Positions 56,101 to 62,640 of a stretch of 64,000 nucleotides of DNA are shown in pieces (the first letter of the stretch is position 1; every line of letters starts with the position of its first letter). The stretch spans positions 1 through 64,000 of IMG/VR virus record IMGVR_UViG_3300046002_005110, one strand, 5' to 3'. Both the position numbers and the translations under genes were made by a program. The notes under the pieces were generated by a model. The model did not search any database. It was not told where the DNA came from and saw only the letters and a list, made by a program, of their open reading frames with translations. This stretch comes from a virus.

Positions 56101-56568
56101 CAAGAAATAGTAACTACTGATAGTGATGGTGTGGCATATATATTAAACGTTGCTCGATATATGACTTCCTATCCAATATTAAGTATACCAAATACGTTTA
56201 CGCTTGAATATGTTAATTATAATGACATTAAGATAACTATTAATGGTATTACTAGTCCAACACTAGTAGAGATTACAATCAGTGAAGGTAATATGTTGTT
56301 GATCAACAGTGAATATATTCAATTTACTAATATTGATTTGACAACTAATACTGTTTCTGGTCTATTACGTGGTAGAAATGGTTCAATTACCAATCAATTA
56401 ATTGAATCTGGTACAGTAATTCAAAGTGTATTAAATAGAGATCAATTGCCTGAAGAATATTACTATCAATGGTGGTATGAATATGACATTAGTGGACCGG
56501 TAAGTCAAACTTTAAGTCAAAGTAATACAGTCCCGGCACTTTTCTTACGTAGAGTAACGGCGCCATGA
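44155..56568 (+). CDS. Giant (4137 aa) baseplate wedge/structural protein, gp7-like position
   Basis: Follows the gp6-like gene; LPEVFRT N-terminus, YLNEIKPFHVKI motif, FG-GAP-like repeats, beta-rich composition. Confidence 0.8.
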   Translation: MATKIRSLDFLPEVFRTDSNAQFLAATLDQLVQQPDLRRVEGFIGQKYGYSINPTDRYVVEPSKIRYDYQLNPSVVFLKTDTQTAKDFINYPGMLNALQNNGAITDNNNRLFESEYYSWDSFADLDKIVNYSQYYWLPYGPDAVTVSTNTIYLSDNYIVSYSDTGYTINDSVQKNPSITLLRGGTYTFEVNQSSQFWIQGVPGTSGYGASSNTSTRDVLGVLNNGDSIGTVTFEVPLKDAQSQYDLPGNNTVDIVSTLTYAEINGQTSTSIGNIDGVTQLNGRTLMFYDNGESSSQINFYSISVNSITDIVTLTLSTGIPDSQKITVTSGTTYVGRTFYRDGTGTIQLIPYLSAVLDTLYYQDGSNPLNVGVINLIENNTTNSINIDQILGKTNYTSPNGVTFINGLKVIFEGSTVPSTYQNNEYYVEGVGTAINLLLVNDFRSVESDDPGSYYPWDYYNWDDKEWDQSNEVPLYPDYITINRNSRDLNAWSRSNRWFNIQVINATIAYNGTLTLISGNTSTRAQRPIIEFYGNLGLYNSGTKSLGFVSLFDNTTTDAFTQIVGQSSYTIDGQPLVSGQTIIFNHDTNNLVRQNIYEVSFAPVGTGNSNVIALNIVETAQDKNQVTIISGTLWKSTSWRFNSVDSRWIQCQQKSTVNQAPLFNIYDINDISLSDQLYYNGSTFAGTKLFSYTVGTGPNDPILGFPISYSSSVSIGDINFTVNLNEDTFSYQQNDNIIESNINIGYVYDYITADIPTKKTGWVTAYTESSQYQVFQFTVTQPTQSSFQCDVLVKTDSIVDPHHVYVNDVELSDDSEYTFTTNSFNNTTTVTLTTAAVSGDKITITLLSDQVSKTGYYEIPSNLQNNPFNSNITTVNVGDIKNQYDSIVQNTFGVIGPVFGPNNVYNLGNLNRYGTAIIQNSASLILPGVFLRKPGYNIFEALQFNSDQYTNFKTLLINLTDQNDFTVYTTPSTMLDTILYQISSTRNSTNAFFWSDMLYTGSPYRTNSYPFNVTLSTITLPTYRTYDFTSANYYGLGVYITTTVNGQTVTNQLIRGVDYIVSDISPNLTITYDIVVGDTITINEYNQTYGTYCPNTPTKLGLYPSFIPSVILDNTYTTPTYFILGHDGSYTKLYGDYIDEELSDFRDKVLLEFETRIYNNLKVVGDIPLPADEVIPGQFRTTEYSQSEILDIYRTNFLKWVGLNRIDYKTQQYNRSNQFSYNYNQSTNILNSEILKQGYWRGVYNWFYDTSNPADAPWEMLGLTSEPSWWTDRYGAAPYTSDNTYMWQEISEGYVWNNGDSYINPLKVRPELLRVLPVNSAGTLQSPLPTVVGNYDSFTFDRNWIVGDQGPAETSYLRSSSYPFDLMRILALTKPAKFFNLNVDRDLYKYNTEFNQYLYNDRYHLNPQDIIVYGNGVSKASYINWVVDYINQRGVDGTTEVTTTLKNLDVRLTYNLAGFSSKNYLKFLIEKSTPNTQNTTLLIPDNSYSVLLYDNVSEDKIVYSSVIVQRTSDGYTVWGNSQSDPFFNMAVPKAGFTQTLTVNNLSVTVNNEFYTDKITTIPYGNLYYTVQGVSEFLKAYGQYLVDQGMIFGYVIDTITYNWDQMIREFLHWAEQSWEVGSTINLNPSAKIATVNRPGLVVQPLTIQQDNFILNQNLIPLQSQNASIVRENESFTVGVLTDGDSIALTNLNLSSMEHAVVFDNYTVFNDTIYDLVTGLRQQRLLLQGYKSGEWNGYVNASGFIINEDNIQEWLPNIKYASGKIVTYKNKYWVANQLIQPQSEFFDEQWTQTTYDKIKTGLLPNPSTNAYESLYYYDSTRANFELDADLLSFSLIGYRPRQYLADAELSDITQIGVYKNIIKEKGTNLIANAFKSANLAQGKIDYNVKENWAVKTSVFGSVSNSNFVECLLIQNELTGNPTLLGFSDNGSVSGVQQTVMMNEIINWNMPPISANFLPPFNDVYSYERGLPSAGYVNLNDVKFKAFELTDLNNTFDTTNIDTLYRNDNIWIAKYRGSWNVFTPQTVNTQVISIINNLNNTITVNFGKNPNLAKYDPIAIVNFDSRINGYYEVLAVNSLTSVIIAKVLDTAVLQLQGNGLAFKLVSRRFTQASDQVYSTVFNSEYYNKKSWIDRDVDNQWAVWSCGPNFTEINIDSSELNLQDFGSSVAYSTEIGYVGASAIDGTIYRYYTDSTTSQSITQTISQTNSTFGTAMVAVGDYLYVSDELNNLVYVYLVIYPSKYITLYTTISQETTGQITVSEDRQWLYISNVTNKTIAVWALMSNGNYDYVSTITGPSTAIGFGTSIATSIDGVKLIVGAPLESLVTSESTQLTASGAVYIYTRSVQRFMANGISDTYTVNETIPNSIADVLIDDVLTSDVIVYSDGRIIFNIIPVYGSIIEVSYGEMNLVTKLLSSNPIVGGNFGTSVSTNKYGAQLVIGCPSELQTVNNVSNVQGAVYRFTNGGQQYGSIVGSVSGLVSGYFFIDGFKVSYSGTASEIAQSINTQTPTNIIAAASGNILQIGVINNTVETINNIIDITGPESNLADLGLTLYVNTQVMVNPNLPTIGSFGTVVSMGTRDSLVVSDPTATVYAETTFDYNTVDPTVCNPIISINNFTIFDHGATAFIDTFANTGVVYEFDYLPAADESIINPGKYVFGQYIQSIDRTGIANTPKFGTSVVDNDGVIVVGAPNWYSTGTGRIFGYVNYCQTSSWYIDKKPLPMVSVERLNNISIYDTISNNTLDYLDYIDPIQGKLLGAVETNLDYISSTDPATYSDGIVWSFEHIGSTWLDTTSIRMLNYNQPSATYNASNWGKAFPGSTADIYTWVGSSFPPIQYNGSGYVVDFNSYTTIQSLDRSTNAIVVDYFFWVKNYNIIPPGKTLSPLTLSQYILNPLNSGISFLAAITTNIVGLFNCESSINSSSSALHIGYRIGNTLDQKHESWTLIQENNATDFLTGFPTESQQDPIGLYAKYLDSFAGQNRLGLYIPNSKLPILTRYGIDYSQSMFIDRPLALQNYVNYANQVLIKFPIAETRSLYFLNKVGVGYDTRDYWTYTDWWATGYSSSTKIVLEVNTVTDLQTLQPNQILPGTEQIVIGLKDGIIVKVKANSQGNSEVWTWYEATGWDRIGLQNGTIQLSDSLYNTPVNWDIGGFDIGLYDDTVYEETYWIIRWLNEEAYIEDLLIERNNSLILMFNYIQSESLEQQNYLTWLNKTSLIDVTHTVRELLPYKKFQRDNQEFLSGYLNEIKPFHVKIKDFLFVYPGQDTFLGDVTDFDLPAKYVPSIGQFETPQLVYTTPNLYSPEYLPTSTVWQDPEYTQWFENYGLNITNERGLYNLTSLSAYITSSSTIIPVKNTYGMPDAGFIYIGDEKISYSNVDKLQNILTDIQRGIDSTPTDHMPNATVSAILPAVIVLDKARGYSEPPVITVINNSNYPNPRTVAQLVPIMINESLLGVQVINSGSGYATQPIIEIESSSIFSTFVSTDVNTVFNTITIINHSFITGDSIKYTIGLNTVSPTGLINNNYYYVRVIDVNTIALYYSVKGAYNIDKTSLMDYERVSLETQGSGSENTLAVTARAAILTSSQPVRELMTTIKFDRTSYGSLITEWNSGQIYAGEFTDIGKLASSTLLTSSSSPWEYLSWTGTNWDADLLASAQGASFPIVQVRNSYAYDGAVLVELNYGYTPVTPGQLNGQKIIAYEVSSTEWTNPISYYVKVMTTTLVEIYYDPLFNFPVKIANFNYTSNDVLFLEEPFTFSKSLVTYAGKLYQCIVSNNDTIFDYDKWEQIYSNNSILNAADRIAAFYEPTANMTGRDLRQLMSGVVYPNATTIGAPFNYNDGQLYDSVNFEYSSYDVNSTAELDTNLQSPDFNYNQLTNPTTYDVQGGSFNEGYGPEELIPGLVTDFLQFNVTTNPDTLGPGNYLNFRIQVDQFGQNSVYNPNTYPYVTYEYVTSVYNTNPYTQTYLTQDFVSTNSISDVLHVNDASKLVSTLQEIVTTDSDGVAYILNVARYMTSYPILSIPNTFTLEYVNYNDIKITINGITSPTLVEITISEGNMLLINSEYIQFTNIDLTTNTVSGLLRGRNGSITNQLIESGTVIQSVLNRDQLPEEYYYQWWYEYDISGPVSQTLSQSNTVPALFLRRVTAP

Positions 56569-56579
56569 CTAAATATAAC

Positions 56580-56747
56580 ATGAACACAAATAATGCATCT
56601 AAAATAAGTGACGAACATAGTTCGAATAAGAGACAAAGTTCACCAACTAAGAAACCAAACGAACAAGTAGGGTTTCACTTTAGTAGTTCAATGAAGATTA
56701 CTGATCCTAATACTGGAAAAGTAATACTTCATATGAGATGCGATTAA
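56580..56747 (+). CDS. Small hypothetical virion-module protein
   Basis: MKITDPNTGKVI motif. Start 56580 lies 4 nt after ACTAAATA; alternative start at 56565. Confidence 0.6.
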   Translation: MNTNNASKISDEHSSNKRQSSPTKKPNEQVGFHFSSSMKITDPNTGKVILHMRCD

Positions 56748-56758
56748 CGGATATCACT

Positions 56759-57376
56759 ATGAAAACAAATATTACATTCGAAATTGAAGGTTTTCTTAAA
56801 ATACATGATCCCAAATCTGGAGAAGTATTTTTTGACGATCACAATGCAATAAATTACGAAACAATGTCAGAAGCCATGGCGTATACGTTGGCTGATCGTG
56901 GCAGAGGTACAATTTATCAAATGGCATTTGGTAACGGAGCTGCTAGTATTGACTCAACTGGATTGATTACATATCTACCGCCCAATACTACTGGTCAAAA
57001 TGCTGCGTTATATAATCAAACATACGCTAAAATTGTTGATGATACATTAATTTCAAACAATGATCCAACCAGAAACAATATGACTGTAAATCACATAGTA
57101 GGTGAACTTTATACTGATATTTTAGTACAATGTTTATTAGATTATGGTGAGCCAAGTGGTCAGGCTGCATTTGATAATGGTACAGATACGGATAGTACAT
57201 ATACATTTGACGAATTGGGTTTGTTAGCTAATTATGGTTTAGATGGTGATGGCAATGTTATTACTAGATTATTGACACATGTTGTCTTTGCCCCAATACA
57301 AAAATCATTAAATCGTCAAATTCAAATCGATTACACGGTCAGAATTCAAACGCTGACTAATTTGGTTACAATTTAA
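56759..57376 (+). CDS. Baseplate/tail-collar-like structural protein
   Basis: MAFGNG, FDELGL, LLTHVVFAPIQKSLNR..IDYTVRI; start moved to ATG 56759. Confidence 0.7.
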   Translation: MKTNITFEIEGFLKIHDPKSGEVFFDDHNAINYETMSEAMAYTLADRGRGTIYQMAFGNGAASIDSTGLITYLPPNTTGQNAALYNQTYAKIVDDTLISNNDPTRNNMTVNHIVGELYTDILVQCLLDYGEPSGQAAFDNGTDTDSTYTFDELGLLANYGLDGDGNVITRLLTHVVFAPIQKSLNRQIQIDYTVRIQTLTNLVTI

Positions 57377-57384
57377 GATAAATA
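57377..57384 (+). promoter_or_regulatory. Late promoter GATAAATA
   Basis: Upstream of an AAGGA SD and ATG 57417. Confidence 0.65.
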
Positions 57385-57416
57385 AAGATATCAGAACTCA
57401 AAGGATTAATTAAATC

Positions 57417-58541
57417 ATGGCATATACTCTAACATATTCAATTGGCACAATAACTGTCATTGACACTACACTTAACACTCAGACAAGTCTTTCCTTGCCT
57501 GGTAGAAACTATGCAGGGTATGGCCAACCAGTAGATCAGAATCAAGTATCTCTATTAGAAAATTTTGCTAGCTATCCAGTAACAGGACCGGCTAATCCTA
57601 TTCCTGGTCAAACATGGTTTGATTCTGATTCTGTTACATTTAACGTTAATATCAGTTCAACATCCACTCCTAATTGGGAAACTTTAGTAACTACCGGATC
57701 AGCCAACGTATCTTTTGGTAATTTGATCATAACCGGAGAGTTAACGGTTACTGATATAACTACTGGTGGTGCATCTATTCCTGGAAATATCACCGGATTA
57801 TGGTCGTTAACAACTGGTAGTACTATGAATTTTTCAAATGGAACATTCATCACTGATAATATTACTACTGGATCAAATATAACGGCTGGAGCTTTGACAG
57901 GTGGCTGGTCGTTAACAAATGGTAGTAGTATGAATTTTTCAGATGGAACATTAACTACTGATAATATTACCACTGGGTCAAATGTAACAGTCGGAATTAT
58001 GGCTGGAGCCTGGTCGATAACAAATGGTAGTAGTATGAATTTTTCAAATGGAACATTCACTACTGATAATATTACCACTGGATCAAATATAACGGGTGGC
58101 AACATTACTGGTAATTGGACACTAACAGCTGGTAGTCAGTTAAATGCCACATATGCTGACTTAGGCGAACGTTTTGAGGCAGATGCCGAATACGATGCCG
58201 GAACTGTAATGGAATTGGGCGGAGACGCTGAAATTACAGCCGTTCGTGATGAATTAAGTGATATTATATTTGGAGTTGTTAGTGAATCGGCTGGTATGAT
58301 CATGAACGGATCAGCGGGTCCATCGTCAACTCATCCAATTATTGCAATGACAGGAAGAGTTCCAGTAAAAGTTCGTGGTATAATTAAAAAGGGTGATAGA
58401 TTAGTTAGTGCCGGTCAAGGATTTGCAAGAGCAGCAAAGAAAAATGAAGCCACACCATTTAATACAGTAGGTCGTAGTTTAGAAAATAAAACAACTAACA
58501 GCGAAGGAACAGTTCTGGCCGCAGTAAGTGCTAAACTTTAA
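57417..58541 (+). CDS. Short tail fibre-like protein with C-terminal autoproteolytic chaperone-like domain
   Basis: LPGRNYAGYG...LLENFA...GQTWFD N-terminus; YADLGERF...GVVS...GRVPVKV...GD.LVS C-terminus. Confidence 0.7.
   Translation: MAYTLTYSIGTITVIDTTLNTQTSLSLPGRNYAGYGQPVDQNQVSLLENFASYPVTGPANPIPGQTWFDSDSVTFNVNISSTSTPNWETLVTTGSANVSFGNLIITGELTVTDITTGGASIPGNITGLWSLTTGSTMNFSNGTFITDNITTGSNITAGALTGGWSLTNGSSMNFSDGTLTTDNITTGSNVTVGIMAGAWSITNGSSMNFSNGTFTTDNITTGSNITGGNITGNWTLTAGSQLNATYADLGERFEADAEYDAGTVMELGGDAEITAVRDELSDIIFGVVSESAGMIMNGSAGPSSTHPIIAMTGRVPVKVRGIIKKGDRLVSAGQGFARAAKKNEATPFNTVGRSLENKTTNSEGTVLAAVSAKL
57801..58115 (+). repeat. Three tandem 105-nt (35-aa) coding repeats
   Basis: tggtcg(t/a)taacaa..ggtagta.tatgaatttttca.atggaacatt at 57801, 57906 and 58011. 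Confidence 0.9.
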
Positions 58542-58565
58542 TATAAAAATACTCGGAGCAGATAA

Positions 58566-59486
58566 ATGACTTACGAACAGGGAGGAAGAATTCAGGCAAC
58601 AGACTTTAACGGGTTTGTTAGTACTGGGTCTCCAAATTTAAATAGTTTCTGGTCTACTGGTTCAGAAAGTTTGGGATATGGTCAGACCGCAGTATCCACG
58701 GTCGCTCAAAATTCATTGGTATATGCGCTAAGTTGGGCAAATCTAATAAACGCTATTAATAATTCAGCATTACATCAAGGAACATCAATTACTGCCATAG
58801 ACGTTCCAACTTCAATGGCCGAAATTTCATACGAAAGTACGTTATCATCAAGTTTAACAAGTGTTTATAATAATTCATTAAATGCAGCGGCTGTAGGAAC
58901 TGATATTACTAATAGCGGTACAAGAACCGCCGATTGGGGAACAAATGCATCTATACCTACAGTAAGTAGTGTAATAACTGTAACTTTTGGATCATATGAT
59001 CAGGCTAGATATTTCTTTAATTTGGGCGGTACTATTATTGTTAGTTGTAGTAGAACTGGCGGAGATGGTACTGCAGTGGATCTAACATGGACTCAAATGT
59101 GTACCGATATAGGAACTTTGGGATTACCGGCAGTAAGTACTAGTCAATCGATTGCCGCGGCATCATATACAGGATTAACACAATTTAACGGTACTGGAGA
59201 AACTCCAGATATTTACATACGAAGTGGTTTTTATGATCTCACATCTACCCCACAAATATTATTCAGACAATTTGCGGGAAGTTACTATACTAGTGATAAT
59301 ATTGATATAGAATATAGTTTAAGCGGAAGTGTGGTGACAATTACAGTGACATTCAATGACGGCACACTCAATGCTACAAATATAACGGGTAATTTAACTG
59401 TTACTGCTGTGGCAAGACCTCCATCAACTACTTATATCACTAATAGTTGGGGAACTCCGGTTGTAGCAGTATCGGCTGCAGCCTAA
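58566..59486 (+). CDS. Virion structural protein, paralog A
   Basis: Ser/Thr-rich, ARYFFNLGG; paralogous to 59507..60436. Confidence 0.75.
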   Translation: MTYEQGGRIQATDFNGFVSTGSPNLNSFWSTGSESLGYGQTAVSTVAQNSLVYALSWANLINAINNSALHQGTSITAIDVPTSMAEISYESTLSSSLTSVYNNSLNAAAVGTDITNSGTRTADWGTNASIPTVSSVITVTFGSYDQARYFFNLGGTIIVSCSRTGGDGTAVDLTWTQMCTDIGTLGLPAVSTSQSIAAASYTGLTQFNGTGETPDIYIRSGFYDLTSTPQILFRQFAGSYYTSDNIDIEYSLSGSVVTITVTFNDGTLNATNITGNLTVTAVARPPSTTYITNSWGTPVVAVSAAA

Positions 59487-59506
59487 TAAGGAACAACATT
59501 AGATAA

Positions 59507-60436
59507 ATGACTTATTCAGCAGCCGGATTAATACAATCAACAGACTTAAACGGATTTGTTAGCACTGGATCTCCAAATTTTAATAATATTTGGAGTATTG
59601 GATCTGGAAATTCCGGCTGGGGCCAGACGGCTGTAAGCACAGTCACTGCTGGAACCGTAGTATCATTCAATCCATGGAACACCTTGATAACAAACATGGC
59701 AAGCGCCGCGGCTCATCAAGGTACTAGTATAACTGCTATAACCGCCCCAGTAGCCGGAAATACAATTGCTTATTTGTCAGCGTTAAGTACAAATTTGACC
59801 AGCATTAATAACGGTAGATTAAATGCCGCGGCAGTTGGAACAGATATAACGACCAGTGCAACCAGAACTGCCAACTGGGGAACTGCGGTTTCAATACCGG
59901 TGGTAACTAGTACCATTACTATTACATTTTCTACTACCGACACCGCTAGATATTTCTTTAATGCGGGCGGCACATTACGAATCAGTTGTAGTAGATCCGC
60001 CGGAACAGGTAACCCACAAGATTTAGCATGGACTCAGTTATGTACTGACATTGGCACATTGGCATTACCTGCAGTTAGCACTGCTCAGACAATCGCGGGT
60101 ACAAGTTACACTGGATTTACAAAAATCGGAGGTGGTGGAACAGCCCCATCAATTTATGTAAGAAATGGATATTATAATTTAACCGGTACTCCTACTACAT
60201 ATTTTCGACAATTTTCCAATACTGGAGTATATACTGGTGATAATCTATCGATGAATCTCAGTGTAAGTTCAAACATTGTTACTATCAGCGTAATATTTAC
60301 AGACGTATCTAGCGGAACAGCAGCCGACACTGTGACGGGTAATTTAACTGTTACTGCTGTGGCAAGACCTCCATCAACTGTTAATATTACTAATAGTTGG
60401 GGAACTCCAACCGTAGCAGTAACAGCACCAGCTTAA
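59507..60436 (+). CDS. Virion structural protein, paralog B
   Basis: ARYFFNAGG; collinear with 58566..59486. Confidence 0.75.
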   Translation: MTYSAAGLIQSTDLNGFVSTGSPNFNNIWSIGSGNSGWGQTAVSTVTAGTVVSFNPWNTLITNMASAAAHQGTSITAITAPVAGNTIAYLSALSTNLTSINNGRLNAAAVGTDITTSATRTANWGTAVSIPVVTSTITITFSTTDTARYFFNAGGTLRISCSRSAGTGNPQDLAWTQLCTDIGTLALPAVSTAQTIAGTSYTGFTKIGGGGTAPSIYVRNGYYNLTGTPTTYFRQFSNTGVYTGDNLSMNLSVSSNIVTISVIFTDVSSGTAADTVTGNLTVTAVARPPSTVNITNSWGTPTVAVTAPA

Positions 60437-60472
60437 ATTTTCTAATCTTATGCAAATAGAATAAGTATTTGC

Positions 60473-60781
60473 ATGAATACAGAACTTATCAAACAGACTA
60501 GTAAAACTAAGTACTTACACAGTCTAGCCAAAATATCAAATAAAGAAAATCATGAGTCACAACTATTAGTGACTATTTCTGGTGGGACATTTCGCTCAAG
60601 TCCAGAATTAATATCTTTTTTATCAATAACACAAATGGGAGACAATGTCATATTATTGGACATATATGAAAATCCAGTAAGTGTTAATCGTTTAATATTA
60701 TTAGACATGTGTATTGAATCCTACAAAACCACTATGTCAAGTTGGCTCGAATGTTCAGAAAAAATCAATGGACAACGATAA
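60473..60781 (+). CDS. Hypothetical protein (possible fibre chaperone)
   Basis: 102 aa, GGTFRSSPELISFL, LLDIYENPV; ATG 5 nt after AATAAGTA. Confidence 0.7.
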   Translation: MNTELIKQTSKTKYLHSLAKISNKENHESQLLVTISGGTFRSSPELISFLSITQMGDNVILLDIYENPVSVNRLILLDMCIESYKTTMSSWLECSEKINGQR

Positions 60782-61587
60782 TGACCAGAGGAATATTATT
60801 ATTTGCAATTGATACTGAAACAAAATCATATACCACAATGGCAAAATATTGTGCACAAAAAATAAAAGAACATTTAAATTTGCCAGTTGCATTAGTAACC
60901 GATAAAGATATCAAAGACTCAATCTTTGATCATGTGATTAATATCAAGTCAGAAACTCCTCAATCTCGTGTTCAACAATCTACGGGTATAAAAGAACAAT
61001 GGAATAATTTTGAAAGATATCAGGCATATAACTTAAGTCCGTTTGATCAAACCATTTTAATTGATACTGATTACATATGTCATAGTAACAAACTACTAAA
61101 ATTGTTTGATATTAATCAATCATTTTTGTGTCATAAACGAAGAATATATCTAGGTAGTCAAATCTATTCTGAGATAGAATATTTTGGAAAAGAATTAGAA
61201 ATGTTCTGGGCAACGGTTATATATTTTGATAAAAGTAATGAGTCAAAATGTGTATTTGATATGATGAAAATGATTCAGAAAAATTATGATCATTACAGTA
61301 AGTTATATCGTTTTAGATCAAATCCATTTCGTAATGATTTCGCATTAAGTATTGCGTTAAATACTGTATATGGGCATGCTATTCCAATCACTGTAGAAAT
61401 TCCGTGGAGTTTAATAAATGTAGAATTCAATACACAAGTATTACTGAAAAGTTCACATAGTTGGGAATTAAAATTTAATAAACGAGTAAACAATAAAGTT
61501 GCTGACTACAGAATCACTACATATAATCAAGACTTGCATATTTTAAATAAAGATTCTTTGTTTTCTGTTATTGAGAATGATAAATGA
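60781..61587 (+). CDS. GT-A fold (GT8-like) glycosyltransferase-like protein
   Basis: YNLSPFDQTILIDTDY DxD motif; TAATG coupling gives the start at 60781. Confidence 0.72.
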   Translation: MTRGILLFAIDTETKSYTTMAKYCAQKIKEHLNLPVALVTDKDIKDSIFDHVINIKSETPQSRVQQSTGIKEQWNNFERYQAYNLSPFDQTILIDTDYICHSNKLLKLFDINQSFLCHKRRIYLGSQIYSEIEYFGKELEMFWATVIYFDKSNESKCVFDMMKMIQKNYDHYSKLYRFRSNPFRNDFALSIALNTVYGHAIPITVEIPWSLINVEFNTQVLLKSSHSWELKFNKRVNNKVADYRITTYNQDLHILNKDSLFSVIENDK

Positions 61588-62351
61588 CACAGGGATATAT
61601 CATTCAAGCAATTAATACCGACACTGTAGACTATCAAACATGTGCTCAAGTATTGGTTAAATCATTAAGGGCGGTGGGTGATATAAGACCTGTTACGATA
61701 TTGACTGATATATCTAATGATAAAGTTAGTAGTGCAACATATGGACCATATGCAGATGATTGGCAAGTATATGAACAATCTCCATATGATGAAACGTTCA
61801 AATTAGAAGCAGATATGATAGTTACCAGATCATTGGATAGTTGGTGGAATTCAATGAAAAATCGTGATTTGCATATTGCAACTGGATGTAGAGATTACAA
61901 ACAACATGTATCTAAATCTAGGTATTATCGTCAAGTATTTGATAAAAATAATTTACCAGATGTATATAATGGAATAACTTATTTTAAAAAATCATTATTG
62001 TCAAAACAATTCTTTGACATTGTAAAACTAATATTTGAAAATTGGCAAGAAATAAATAATAATTTATCATATTCAAGTGAGTTGACCTATGGAGATACTG
62101 ATACAGTATATGCAATAGCGGCTAATATTATTGGTATAGAACAATGTACAATACCTAACAGTTCAATTCAATTTGTTCATATGAAACAGAGAATACACAA
62201 TGGGTTAATGGATGATTGGACTAAAGAAATGATTTGGGAATTAATTGACTCGGACTTTAGAATAAACACTATTAGTCAATTATACCCAGTACATTATCAT
62301 ATTAAATCATTAGCATCAGATTTGGAATTGGCATATGACATCAAAATATAA
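61584..62351 (+). CDS. GT-A fold glycosyltransferase-like protein, paralog
   Basis: YEQSPYDETFKLEADM (ExD), YNGITYFKK, FVHMK. Confidence 0.7.
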   Translation: MTQGYIIQAINTDTVDYQTCAQVLVKSLRAVGDIRPVTILTDISNDKVSSATYGPYADDWQVYEQSPYDETFKLEADMIVTRSLDSWWNSMKNRDLHIATGCRDYKQHVSKSRYYRQVFDKNNLPDVYNGITYFKKSLLSKQFFDIVKLIFENWQEINNNLSYSSELTYGDTDTVYAIAANIIGIEQCTIPNSSIQFVHMKQRIHNGLMDDWTKEMIWELIDSDFRINTISQLYPVHYHIKSLASDLELAYDIKI

Positions 62352-62631
62352 ATTATATTATAATAAACAAGATGGAACACCAAAATACTACAGTATGGAA
62401 GATTTGGATGAAGATTACATTGATGTAGATCAAAAAACTTTCGAGGCTAGTAGATATGACATCAAAGTAGTAGATGGTAAAATAAAGTCTTTATATGAGA
62501 ATAGTATTTCCAAATATCAATTGATAACTGAGTCAACTGATACCTGTATAATGTGTGATTATGATGATATATCCATAATAGTGAATAATAGTTTATCATA
62601 CAAATTATGGGACTACAAATTCACTAACTAA
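62335..62631 (+). CDS. Hypothetical protein
   Basis: 98 aa, inside the glycosyltransferase operon. Confidence 0.65.
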   Translation: MTSKYKLYYNKQDGTPKYYSMEDLDEDYIDVDQKTFEASRYDIKVVDGKIKSLYENSISKYQLITESTDTCIMCDYDDISIIVNNSLSYKLWDYKFTN

Positions 62632-62640
62632 ATATTCAGT

